From IMG/VR virus record IMGVR_UViG_3300020578_000006, positions 165,718-229,717 of that record: a stretch of 64,000 nucleotides of DNA, one strand, 5' to 3'. Shown here one piece after another: positions 1 through 8,984 of the stretch. The stretch's first letter is position 1. Each line of letters begins with the position of its first letter. The translations under genes and the position numbers were made by a program. The notes below the pieces were generated by a model. The model was not told the DNA's origin. It did not search any database and was given only the letters and a program-made list of their open reading frames with translations.

Positions 1-446
1 AAAGAGGCCATAATGAGTGTTTTACCGCCTGCAGTCGCTAAAACCACCACGCCTCTACCTGAATCTAAACATTTAGTAACAATAGCCTTTTGATAATTTC
101 TTAGTTGCAGAGACAGATTATCATAAGGCTGATTAGTATAATGAATACTCTTTTGATAAGTGGTTGGACCGGGAATAATACTATCTAAAAAAGTTTTTGA
201 AGCTTTTATCTGATCCTTCGTACAAAAATTATTTTGTAGTAAAAATTTAGCTATTTCAAAAAATAAACATGGATCTACCTTGCCAGCGGGAGTTATAGCA
301 TACGTTCGTGAAGGAATAAACCGCCCTCTCATTCTTGCAAACCTAGCACCTTCATTTTTAACAGAGAAATGCTCTCTTATATCGTTAAAAAAATCACCAG
401 AAAGCACCCCATACTCACCTCCCTTATTCAAGTCAAAATATACCAT
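1..446 (-). CDS. uvsW: UvsW-like SF2 DNA helicase (partial, runs off window)
   Basis: Hand translation from ATG 446: MVYFDLNK...LRNYQKAIV...GRGVVVLATAGGKTLIMAS (Q motif + Walker A); TAATG-coupled to uvsY. Confidence 0.85.
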   Translation of the reverse strand, partial: MVYFDLNKGGEYGVLSGDFFNDIREHFSVKNEGARFARMRGRFIPSRTYAITPAGKVDPCLFFEIAKFLLQNNFCTKDQIKASKTFLDSIIPGPTTYQKSIHYTNQPYDNLSLQLRNYQKAIVTKCLDSGRGVVVLATAGGKTLIMAS

Positions 447-841
447 TACATGGTCTCCATCTTTAATAACTCTATTAGATTCTTTATATCAAAACCAATA
501 CTATGAATAGTCTTCTCAACACGTTCTAGAAATTCAACAACACTCTCTCTTTCCTTAATCTCTAAGTTAAGATCTGCAACAGCTGAGTGTCGTTCCGCAG
601 CCTCTTTAAGAGAGGGGTATGTCATTTTTACAGGAGACTCTGCCTTTACCGCTTCGATTACGGAAGACACTAAAATGTTTTTTTTCTTAGTTAGCTCTAT
701 AAGCTCACTTTTCTCTAACATCAAGCGAGACACCCATTTTGCTTTTTTACCGGGTAGTGTTAATGCTGCCTCTTTGAGGTTAAGCTCATCTAGCTTTACA
801 TCTTCTTCTAGCTCTGCTACATATTTTTGCAGTAAAGTCAT
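446..841 (-). CDS. uvsY: UvsY-like recombination mediator
   Basis: Size, helical EEDVKLDELNL..KKAKW pattern and position directly upstream of uvsW, as in T4-like phages. Confidence 0.7.
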   Translation of the reverse strand: MTLLQKYVAELEEDVKLDELNLKEAALTLPGKKAKWVSRLMLEKSELIELTKKKNILVSSVIEAVKAESPVKMTYPSLKEAAERHSAVADLNLEIKERESVVEFLERVEKTIHSIGFDIKNLIELLKMETM

Positions 842-878
842 AAATATGATTGTAATACCTTATAGTGAAAAATCAATC

Positions 879-1094
879 ATGATAACATTTAAACAATTTG
901 TAATGAATGAAGAAAATGTAGCCGGGGACGGAGGTGTTTTTGGATCAGCTGCTAGTATGGGACATGGAGGTGATGTCGGCAATACTGATTTTTACGCACC
1001 CGGTGCAGCATTTTTGGCCAAACCTCTTTTTAAAGTAAAAGGCAAAAAAAATAAAATACTTGTACAAAGAAGAAATAAGTTTAAATACTTCTGA
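879..1094 (+). CDS. Small protein with capsid-targeting-like N-terminus (MITFKQFVMNE)
   Basis: Internal ATG of the 675..1094 ORF; the upstream part of that ORF is antisense to uvsY. Confidence 0.6.
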   Translation: MITFKQFVMNEENVAGDGGVFGSAASMGHGGDVGNTDFYAPGAAFLAKPLFKVKGKKNKILVQRRNKFKYF

Positions 1095-1510
1095 TGGACC
1101 TAGGTCATTGGATTTTAAAAGAGGGTATATCTTTTAATGAATCGTCATTTGGATTCATTTATGAGATATGCAATACAGTTACAGGTAGAAAATATGTAGG
1201 TAAAAAGCAATGTCAGAGTAAACTAAAGCGTAAACCCTTAAAGGGCAAGAAAAATAAAAGAATAGAAATAAAAGAGTCTGATTGGAAAAGCTATACAGGG
1301 TCGTCAAAAGAGCTTAATGAAGATATTGAAAAGTACGGTAAAGACAAATTTACTTTTACTATATTACATGCATGTGGGTCTAAATGGGAATTAGGATATA
1401 GAGAAATAAAAGAGCAGATAGAAAGAGATGTAATCTTAAGAGATGATTATTATAATGGCATTCTAAATGTCAGGATAGGGACGCCGCCTAAGAATTTTAG
1501 TATTGACTAG
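1094..1510 (+). CDS. GIY-YIG endonuclease (endonuclease II/DenA-like)
   Basis: GFIY..N..TGRKYVGKK, ESDWKSYTGSS and YYN motifs. Confidence 0.8.
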   Translation: MDLGHWILKEGISFNESSFGFIYEICNTVTGRKYVGKKQCQSKLKRKPLKGKKNKRIEIKESDWKSYTGSSKELNEDIEKYGKDKFTFTILHACGSKWELGYREIKEQIERDVILRDDYYNGILNVRIGTPPKNFSID

Positions 1511-1536
1511 TACTAAAATTCTTTTATAATTTAAAG
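1503..1536 (+). promoter_or_regulatory. Sigma70-type promoter, leaderless arrangement
   Basis: TTGACT-16 nt-TATAAT-6 nt-ATG(1537). Confidence 0.7.
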
Positions 1537-2070
1537 ATGAGAGGAGTTTATTTTGAAGATAAAAACCTTGGCATACGATTTGCAAGTTGTCAAGTTATTT
1601 TTGATAGGGAAATAGAGCCACAATTGACAGAGGATGTTATTAAGTATGGGCTTGAAAAGAATAATCGTTTAAAAAGACAGTTTATAGTATACAGGGTGGC
1701 CTCGTTTTTTACAGATTCTCTTGGTAATAGTATCAATGTTAAGACTGTTTTCTTGCTTCCAACAAAAATAATCTCTCAACATTTTAGCGGAGAAGATATT
1801 TTTATATACAACAGTTTTAGAAATATTTTTAATATTTTATCAATTAATTTTCTTAATACAGATTTATCTCAAGCAGACTTTCAGAACATACTTGGCAAGA
1901 ATACGGGAGAAAGTAAAGAACTTAAAGCAAGAATAACTAATAATTTATATAAGCGCGGTACACCTAACCTTACAAAACTCTATTCTTATCTTAAGAAATA
2001 CAAAATACATAAGCTACAAGAGGATATATCTCAAAACATTAAGATCAAATTAGGGTTGTTTGTAGCATAA
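1537..2070 (+). CDS. Hypothetical protein
   Basis: 177-aa ORF with its own promoter. Confidence 0.6.
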   Translation: MRGVYFEDKNLGIRFASCQVIFDREIEPQLTEDVIKYGLEKNNRLKRQFIVYRVASFFTDSLGNSINVKTVFLLPTKIISQHFSGEDIFIYNSFRNIFNILSINFLNTDLSQADFQNILGKNTGESKELKARITNNLYKRGTPNLTKLYSYLKKYKIHKLQEDISQNIKIKLGLFVA

Positions 2071-2080
2071 ATATAATATA

Positions 2081-2437
2081 ATGAAGTTTTTAGCTAAGCT
2101 AGCAGAAGAATATAATAAACTAGAAGTTGAAAAGCCTCAATGGGTGGAAGAATATGTTACACCCACAACACCATCTTCAACAGTTGCAACCACACCCTCT
2201 ACATCAATAACAGGTACTAAGCCAGGTAGTAATCTAGGTAAAGCCATACAAGACACTCTTGATGTTCAAATTGACCCGGAATTGGCTAAGAAAAAAGAAG
2301 AATTAGATAATGTTTATAAGCAAGTAGCGGATGCCCTTAAGAAAAAGGCAATGGACGCAACAAATAAGCTTAAACAAACATCGAGTGAATTAGCCGCTAC
2401 CCCAACGACAGCAGTGCCGTCGGTTCCAGCGGTATGA
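2081..2437 (+). CDS. Hypothetical late protein (probable internal head protein)
   Basis: TAAATA upstream; N-terminus MKFLAKLAEE; Thr/Pro-rich. Confidence 0.55.
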   Translation: MKFLAKLAEEYNKLEVEKPQWVEEYVTPTTPSSTVATTPSTSITGTKPGSNLGKAIQDTLDVQIDPELAKKKEELDNVYKQVADALKKKAMDATNKLKQTSSELAATPTTAVPSVPAV

Positions 2438-2778
2438 AATTTAATAAATTACTAGAAACAAAATATAGAGAGCTTTTCGAGCAAGTACCTCCTCAAGATT
2501 TAAACATACCTGCTCCGGAAGCTCCTGTAGCTGCACCGGCGCCGGCTGCTGCTGTTCCTCCAGCTGAACCGCCTCAGCAGAAGCCATTAACACCTGAAGG
2601 CGAAGTATTTTTAATTAATCTTATCCGTAAAGCCTTGTTTATGAACCCTGATGATCTAGGATTAAAGACAATTAAGGAGTTACCAGAAGTAAATGCAAAA
2701 AACGCGTCTGAGATTTTAGATAAGATTGTCAAGTTAATGCAAGTAGAAGCTATTGATTTGGATGTAAATACGAAATAA
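2434..2778 (+). CDS. Hypothetical late protein (probable internal head protein)
   Basis: ATGA-overlap with previous gene; MKFNKLLE..LFEQ; Pro/Ala linker. Confidence 0.55.
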   Translation: MKFNKLLETKYRELFEQVPPQDLNIPAPEAPVAAPAPAAAVPPAEPPQQKPLTPEGEVFLINLIRKALFMNPDDLGLKTIKELPEVNAKNASEILDKIVKLMQVEAIDLDVNTK

Positions 2779-2845
2779 TTAAAAAGTATTCTAATACTAT
2801 TGACGTTATTACTAATAAGGAAGTTGGTGGTCAATAAATAATATT

Positions 2846-3730
2846 ATGAATAGGGACATTAAGTTATTGTTTGAGGCTTATAATAGTATTAAAGAGGCAG
2901 AAGATACTAACATAGACACCTTTCATAAAGAATTGGCCAAACAATGGGCTAGTTTATTCTTAGATAAATTACATGAGTATCCTATTACCAGTAGATCGGC
3001 ACACTTAGAAAGATTGCTTGATGGTTCATTAGAAGTTTTTAAGAAGTATATTCTAGATGATATTAAATCTAAAAAACTATCTTATTTAAAGGCAGACGCT
3101 TTTTCAAAAAGCGAAGATGCTCAAAGCATTGTAAAAAAATTCACAGTAGTAAGTGGAGGTGTAGATAACACCAGTGATGTAGGTTTTGATTTGAGTGAAG
3201 TGGACCACGAGCAAGCCCAGAGCTTGCAAGATGTAGTAGACAGAACAATTGAAGACATGGAGAATGATGAAGATTTTGCAGATACTTTTCCTCAAGAATA
3301 CAGAGAATTTAAGAACAATATGTTTATTATGTCCACCGATAGTGGTGATTTTGTGGCTGTACTTCCAGGGCATTTAGACGAGAAGCAAGTATTTGCAAAA
3401 TTGGCATCAGCTTTCAGTGAAGATAAAAAAGGCCTATCAGATCAAGAATATCACCAAGCCCGTAAATTTGGGCTTGAAAGCGCAGGAGAAGTGGTCGGTA
3501 AAGGCCCTATAAAGATTCAGCTGACTAAAGACCAGACTTTATTATGCACAAGAGATGGACGGGAGCAAGAAGTAAAGTTCGTTAAAGGTGTTATATTTAA
3601 TTGTGATGAATGGGTAGGGGATTATTATCATTGTGAATCAAAGAAATATGGTGGTGTTGCCGTATTTCCTCCAGACATTAAGCTATTAAGCGCCCCAGAG
3701 GGCACAATTACTCATCTAACTCCAGAGTAA
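2846..3730 (+). CDS. Hypothetical late protein; contains a domain paralogous to 56580..56810
   Basis: AATAAATA-5 nt-ATG; MNRDIKLLFEAY; visible alignment to the early ORF. Confidence 0.6.
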   Translation: MNRDIKLLFEAYNSIKEAEDTNIDTFHKELAKQWASLFLDKLHEYPITSRSAHLERLLDGSLEVFKKYILDDIKSKKLSYLKADAFSKSEDAQSIVKKFTVVSGGVDNTSDVGFDLSEVDHEQAQSLQDVVDRTIEDMENDEDFADTFPQEYREFKNNMFIMSTDSGDFVAVLPGHLDEKQVFAKLASAFSEDKKGLSDQEYHQARKFGLESAGEVVGKGPIKIQLTKDQTLLCTRDGREQEVKFVKGVIFNCDEWVGDYYHCESKKYGGVAVFPPDIKLLSAPEGTITHLTPE

Positions 3731-3778
3731 ATGTAAAGGTTTACCTGTTTACTTAGTTTATTAACATATAAATAACAA

Positions 3779-4948
3779 GTGGCTTACATATCCCTAAAAG
3801 ACCTATATTTTGAAGACGTAGCCGGCATAACTGTGCCTCCGCTGCCTAGACAACAGGTAAATACACCCCCGGTCAAAGTTTTTGTGCCGGGTGATGAATA
3901 TGTACCTCAAACACCGTGGACAGAATACGATATATCTCCAGATTTATTTCAAAAAACAGCAGGTGGGGATAAGGAAGGTACTGGTAGAGGAGAATACAGT
4001 ATAGCATGTATATTGTATGGGTTCAAGACTAAGGAACAAGTGGATAAAGCATCTGGTAGAATTATACAAGGCGGGGGAGCTTCTTTTGACGTGGTAGGAC
4101 CAGATAAACGCAAGTATGAGGTAAAAGAATTAACTAAAGCTGTACGTACAGGAACGGAAGGAACCGGGGTTTTTACAGATATCCTTAATTCGACAATAGA
4201 ATTGTTAGATGCTATACTAAAGGAATTTAATACGCTAGACGCCCAGGGTAAGCAGACCATAAACAATATGATTCTAAATAGCAATACAGTAAAAAGCACT
4301 ATTCTTAACAGAAAAAGTCAAAAGGGACATTTTGACGCTATTAAAGACAGGTGGAGCTTAGATGAATATTTAAATGACATAAAGCGTAAAGCCCCAAGAG
4401 AGCTCTCTAAAGGTATTCTTATTTCTCCTATTTTAAATTTAGGTCAATATAAAGAAGAGCGCCCTTACGTAATTTTTTCCTTAAAACAATTAGTTGATGT
4501 ATTAAACGAGATTGCCTCTACACAAGTCGCAACAGGCAATGAAGAAGGTACACCTAATCCAGCTGTAAGGGATATCGCCGATACTATCAATAAACATTAC
4601 AGCGTACAAGGTGATGAGAAAGAAAAAGAATTTTTCAAAAAAGAGGCAGAGAAAATTGATAGGGCATTAATTCAAAAGAGATGTAAGGAATTTAAAAAAT
4701 GTACTGATGAATTATCTTTTAGAAAGCAAATAATAGCACTTAATTTGTCAGGAATGCTTAAGCTAATTCAAGATAAAACTCAAGATATTGTTGAGAATTT
4801 ATTTCCAAATGATGGGTTATTTGCAGTAAACAGCCAAGGCTTTCAATACATTCCGCATAGTAAGTTAAATACCTATCTTGCTTTTGATACAATAAGTTCA
4901 GGAAGTGTAAAGATCAAGCAAAAAATAGCTAGTAATGAAACCATTTAA
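3779..4948 (+). CDS. Hypothetical late protein, possible PD-(D/E)xK nuclease-like fold
   Basis: TATAAATA-4 nt-GTG; GRGE...FDV...YEVK pattern. Confidence 0.4.
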   Translation: MAYISLKDLYFEDVAGITVPPLPRQQVNTPPVKVFVPGDEYVPQTPWTEYDISPDLFQKTAGGDKEGTGRGEYSIACILYGFKTKEQVDKASGRIIQGGGASFDVVGPDKRKYEVKELTKAVRTGTEGTGVFTDILNSTIELLDAILKEFNTLDAQGKQTINNMILNSNTVKSTILNRKSQKGHFDAIKDRWSLDEYLNDIKRKAPRELSKGILISPILNLGQYKEERPYVIFSLKQLVDVLNEIASTQVATGNEEGTPNPAVRDIADTINKHYSVQGDEKEKEFFKKEAEKIDRALIQKRCKEFKKCTDELSFRKQIIALNLSGMLKLIQDKTQDIVENLFPNDGLFAVNSQGFQYIPHSKLNTYLAFDTISSGSVKIKQKIASNETI

Positions 4949-5561
4949 ACAATTTCTTACAGAACAAAATGGTAGTAGTATAGGTTTTTTTCCTGGAGCA
5001 TTTAAACCGCCTCACAAAGGCCATTTTGATACTGCAAAACAAGCTGCAACAATTAATGATGCAGCAGTAATTTTAGTTTCAAAAATAGATAGAGATAACA
5101 TATCAGCCGACGACTCAATGTTTGTCTGGGAGACTTATAAACAGTATCTACCAAAAAACTTGTATGTGTTTTCAGTTCAAGGGTCCCCTGTTTTAACTAT
5201 ATATCAAATTACAGACATCCTTAACAATGGTGTTTTTACCCCCACACCTAGAGCCCCTACCCCTCTACCTGCGGCAACAGAAATAGCAGATTTGTTAAGA
5301 AAGTTTAACCCACCTTACAGTGTTAACCTTTATGCAAGTCAAGAAGATACAGAAAGATTTAAATCATTCTATGGACCAAGTAAAGAGATTTTCCAAGGAA
5401 AAAACGTACAAAGTATTGCTATGAAAGATATTTCTCGACTAGCGTCTGCGACAGATGCACGTGCAGCATTGTTAAAAAATAATGCAAAGGGGTTTCATTC
5501 TTTATTACCAAATATTGCAGATCAAAGTAAAGAGGCTATCTTTAATCGATTAAAAAAATGA
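4935..5561 (+). CDS. HxGH nucleotidyltransferase (cytidyltransferase-like) with capsid-targeting-like N-terminus
   Basis: FFPGAFKPPHKGHF; C-terminal SATDAR; starts MKPFKQFLTE. Confidence 0.8.
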   Translation: MKPFKQFLTEQNGSSIGFFPGAFKPPHKGHFDTAKQAATINDAAVILVSKIDRDNISADDSMFVWETYKQYLPKNLYVFSVQGSPVLTIYQITDILNNGVFTPTPRAPTPLPAATEIADLLRKFNPPYSVNLYASQEDTERFKSFYGPSKEIFQGKNVQSIAMKDISRLASATDARAALLKNNAKGFHSLLPNIADQSKEAIFNRLKK

Positions 5562-6919
5562 AATCTTTTAAACAATTCTTGCTCAAAGAGCAAATTATAA
5601 AAGAAGAGCGTACTTCTTATTTTTCACCACATCTCTCACATTTAGAAGACTTAGCTGTAGAGAACGGTAAAGCAGGATTTAAAGATTTTCTGACACATGT
5701 AAATTTAATTTCTAAAAAGATTCAAGGCTACGAATCAGAGCAAGAAATTAATGCAAAAATAGATGGAAGCCCTGCTATTTTGTTTGGTATTGATCCAAAA
5801 ACTAAGACTTTTTTTATATCATTAAAATATGTAGTGGATGAATCTACCGATACAATAAAAGAAAATGCAAAACTCTTTCATACATCAGAAGAGATAGATC
5901 AAGCTATGTCGGATAGACCAGATTTTGCATCTAGGCTTAAAAATTTATTAGAGCAGTTAACACCAGCTTATGATAATTCTGGGTTAATATATCAAGGTGA
6001 TGTTTTATACGCTAGTCAAGAAGATAAAAAAAGAGTGAAAATAGGTACAGAAGAGTTTATTACTTTTGAACCAAACACTATAATGTATGCTATTCCTATG
6101 GATGATAAATCAGAACTATTTCATAAAGTATTAAACTCTTCAGTGGGGGTAGTTGTTCATGATAGTTTTAAAGGGGTAGTAGATAAAGAATCGGGGATAA
6201 TAAAACTTGTACCGGCGTCTAAAAACATTGACAGTTTGATTGCTAGTAGTACAAATTCAAAAGCATTCATAAAAGGTAGCAATTATCGTACTTTTGCTTT
6301 TGATATACCCGATAAATTTTTTGATAATCTTAATACACTTATAGTGGACGCTAGTAAGCATATAAACTCTATTTCTGATGAATTTAATAATGAATATGTG
6401 TCGCCTGGTAGGGGGGCGCCTTCTAGCCAAATCCTAGATATGTTAAAGCGCTATTTAAATAAGCAACTTGACCTAGAGGACTCAGGACTGTTTGGGGCAG
6501 CAAAGACTAGCGGTAGATTAAACTTTAATGCATTTTACAAGGGGTTTCAACAATATGTTGAGTCGCAGATAACAAAAGGTATAGAAGGACTTGGACCTAA
6601 GGGTCAAGCCCAACGCCAGCAAAGACTTAGTATTGTTCAAAGCTTTTTACAGAACAACGCAGCTAATTTTGAGCATCTATTAACAGCTACCTTTGAGATG
6701 GTAAAAATTAAGTACCTTATTTTTAATATACTGTCTCAACTAGATACTAAGCTAACACAGCATGCTTTTTACAGACTTCCCGATGGCTCGTATGTTAAAA
6801 CAAAAGATGAAGGCTATGTTTTGTTTGCTGGTAATAATCAAGTAAAGATTGTAGATAGAGTAGATTTTTCTAAGATGAACCGCTTAGTTGGCGGTAGGCG
6901 CAGAACCCTTATTACCTGA
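5558..6919 (+). CDS. Conserved T4-like phage protein with ligase-type nucleotidyltransferase motifs
   Basis: KIDG, YQGD, DEGYV and VKIV motifs; starts MKSFKQFLLKE. Confidence 0.55.
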   Translation: MKSFKQFLLKEQIIKEERTSYFSPHLSHLEDLAVENGKAGFKDFLTHVNLISKKIQGYESEQEINAKIDGSPAILFGIDPKTKTFFISLKYVVDESTDTIKENAKLFHTSEEIDQAMSDRPDFASRLKNLLEQLTPAYDNSGLIYQGDVLYASQEDKKRVKIGTEEFITFEPNTIMYAIPMDDKSELFHKVLNSSVGVVVHDSFKGVVDKESGIIKLVPASKNIDSLIASSTNSKAFIKGSNYRTFAFDIPDKFFDNLNTLIVDASKHINSISDEFNNEYVSPGRGAPSSQILDMLKRYLNKQLDLEDSGLFGAAKTSGRLNFNAFYKGFQQYVESQITKGIEGLGPKGQAQRQQRLSIVQSFLQNNAANFEHLLTATFEMVKIKYLIFNILSQLDTKLTQHAFYRLPDGSYVKTKDEGYVLFAGNNQVKIVDRVDFSKMNRLVGGRRRTLIT

Positions 6920-7498
6920 TTCGTTAATAGCATTTAATGCTTCAAGATTAAAAATTGTTTGGCGTAATACAGATTCTAGAACTTCTTTACCCTCACCGTA
7001 CAGCATATCTCTTATTTTAGATACTATTTTTAATTCATGTGAATTTTCATCTGCATCAAACTCACCGTCTTTTCTAAATTTGTTATATTCAAGATAGTTT
7101 TTAACACTCTCAATATAGCTTGCAGCTAATGTAATTTTACTGAATACCCAAGGTTCTAAATCTTGATTGTCTTTTAGTAGATTGTAAAGAGCTTTTGACC
7201 CGTTATGAATTTTATATAGTTCGTTCTTTGCCATATCAGCTTCAGATTCACCAGAACCGGTAGAGGGTTCAACAGGGGTAATTTTTGAAGAATCTTCACA
7301 ATTTTCACTATTTTTACACTGTAAACAATCTTCACCATCTTCACACCCACAAGATTTTTTATTAAGCTTTATTACTGTTGATGTGTTATTGGAAGGTACC
7401 ATATTCGTGGTTTCGGCCGCGGGGCCCAGGTTTAATTCATTAACTACAATCTGGGTATAAGCTTCGGAAATTTTTTCTAATTCACCTTTTCTGCTCAT
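6884..7498 (-). CDS. Hypothetical late protein
   Basis: AATAAATA-6 nt-ATG; DMAKNELY..LEPWVFSKITLAASY segment resembles a repeat domain common in T4-like phages. Confidence 0.6.
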   Translation of the reverse strand: MSRKGELEKISEAYTQIVVNELNLGPAAETTNMVPSNNTSTVIKLNKKSCGCEDGEDCLQCKNSENCEDSSKITPVEPSTGSGESEADMAKNELYKIHNGSKALYNLLKDNQDLEPWVFSKITLAASYIESVKNYLEYNKFRKDGEFDADENSHELKIVSKIRDMLYGEGKEVLESVLRQTIFNLEALNAINESGNKGSAPTAN

Positions 7499-7530
7499 TT
7501 TATATATTTATTCAAATAAATACATAATAT

Positions 7531-7947
7531 ATGCGTAGTTACAAAGAATTTTTCTATGAACAAATACTAGGGGCTACGGAAGGTATTACTATTCAACATG
7601 TTGGAAACGTTAGAGCCACTGTAGACACTGGTAACAGCGGTTATAATGTACTTCATGCAGAAATAATTGATGGTGCAAAAGAGGGACATGTAAAATTTAA
7701 AACAGTAAACGACAAAGTGTTAGAATTGCCTGTAAAAGAGTTTATAACGGTATCCGGAAATAATAATACCAACGATAGACCAGTAGTAGAGTTAGACTGT
7801 AGCTTGGGCCAAGAACAATTTAATAAAGTTCCTTTCAGCCTTGCGGACAGAAGTCAGCAAGATACCCCTGTTCTCTTAAGTAAAGATTTTATAAAATTAA
7901 ATGGCGGTGTTGTTAATGTTAATATTAACAGCGAAATTAAAAAATAA
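7531..7947 (+). CDS. Retropepsin-like aspartic protease (RimK-associated family) with capsid-targeting-like N-terminus
   Basis: ATVDTGNSG, R.VVEL, FSLADRS and PVLL motifs; starts MRSYKEFFYE. Confidence 0.75.
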   Translation: MRSYKEFFYEQILGATEGITIQHVGNVRATVDTGNSGYNVLHAEIIDGAKEGHVKFKTVNDKVLELPVKEFITVSGNNNTNDRPVVELDCSLGQEQFNKVPFSLADRSQQDTPVLLSKDFIKLNGGVVNVNINSEIKK

Positions 7948-8233
7948 CATTGCTTACCCCTATACAACTTAAGACATATCTTAAATTGTATGCGTTAATT
8001 TTATCTACCACACACACGGTAGGTGAGTAAACAAATTCACTATCAACCCTCATTCCGATCTCTTCCCCAGGTAACAAAATATCATCCACATAGTCCATAG
8101 CCCCTCTTCTTTTTAAAAAAGAATAATATGGGTCTTTCGGCTCACCTTCTACAATTACATTATAATGACAAAACTCGTGTGCATAAAAGGTAAGATCTCT
8201 AAAACAAGAAATACTGGAAGGAGGATTAACCAA
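7937..8233 (-). CDS. Hypothetical protein
   Basis: 98-aa ORF downstream of folE. Confidence 0.5.
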   Translation of the reverse strand: MVNPPSSISCFRDLTFYAHEFCHYNVIVEGEPKDPYYSFLKRRGAMDYVDDILLPGEEIGMRVDSEFVYSPTVCVVDKINAYNLRYVLSCIGVSNVIF

Positions 8234-8274
8234 CTCCCCGCGTATAATTAAATTACACTAATTATTTAGTCAAA

Positions 8275-8931
8275 TTAGATTAATTTTCGGTTTTGTGCGA
8301 ACTCAATAAACTTGTAAAATTCGTTTCTAGAATTATCTTTATCATCTAGAAAAGCACCAGACATTCTTGCGGTACGCATAGTTGAATCATGTCTAATGCC
8401 ACGGTTAGAGCAGCATGTGTGAGCGGCCTCAATCATAACAGCTACTCCTTTATTCTTAATACAAACTTCATCAATATACTTGTGAATTTGCATTGTAAGG
8501 TTTTCTTGTACTTGAGGGCGACGAGAAAACCAATCCACAATACGATTTAATTTACTCAATCCAATCACCTTACCGTCCTTTGCAGGAATATAAGCAACGT
8601 GGGCAAACCCCATAAAAGGTGCGTGGTGGTGTGAGCAGAGCGATGTAACTTTAATATTGGTTTGAGATACAATACCATCATACTTATCTACATTATCAAA
8701 CGCGGTAATCTTAGGCGGCTCACTATAACATCCCCAGGCAAAGTCTTCTACAAATGCCTTAGCAACCCTAAAGGGGGTGTTGGCACTATTTGGATCGTTT
8801 CTCCAATCATAACCCAAAGCGTCCATGTATGCTTCATACGCGGCCGCGGCCTTTAGTATAATTTGATTTCTCTCTTCCTCGGAATGTGGATGGTTATGAT
8901 TGGCAAAAGCTAGCTTTTTCTTATTAAACAT
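8275..8931 (-). CDS. folE: GTP cyclohydrolase I
   Basis: CSHH, IGLSKLNRIV, RRPQVQENLT, HTCCSNRG. Confidence 0.95.
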   Translation of the reverse strand: MFNKKKLAFANHNHPHSEEERNQIILKAAAAYEAYMDALGYDWRNDPNSANTPFRVAKAFVEDFAWGCYSEPPKITAFDNVDKYDGIVSQTNIKVTSLCSHHHAPFMGFAHVAYIPAKDGKVIGLSKLNRIVDWFSRRPQVQENLTMQIHKYIDEVCIKNKGVAVMIEAAHTCCSNRGIRHDSTMRTARMSGAFLDDKDNSRNEFYKFIEFAQNRKLI

Positions 8932-8984
8932 ATTATTATTATATCAATAATGTTAGATAATCAAGATAAATAATCAAACATTCT

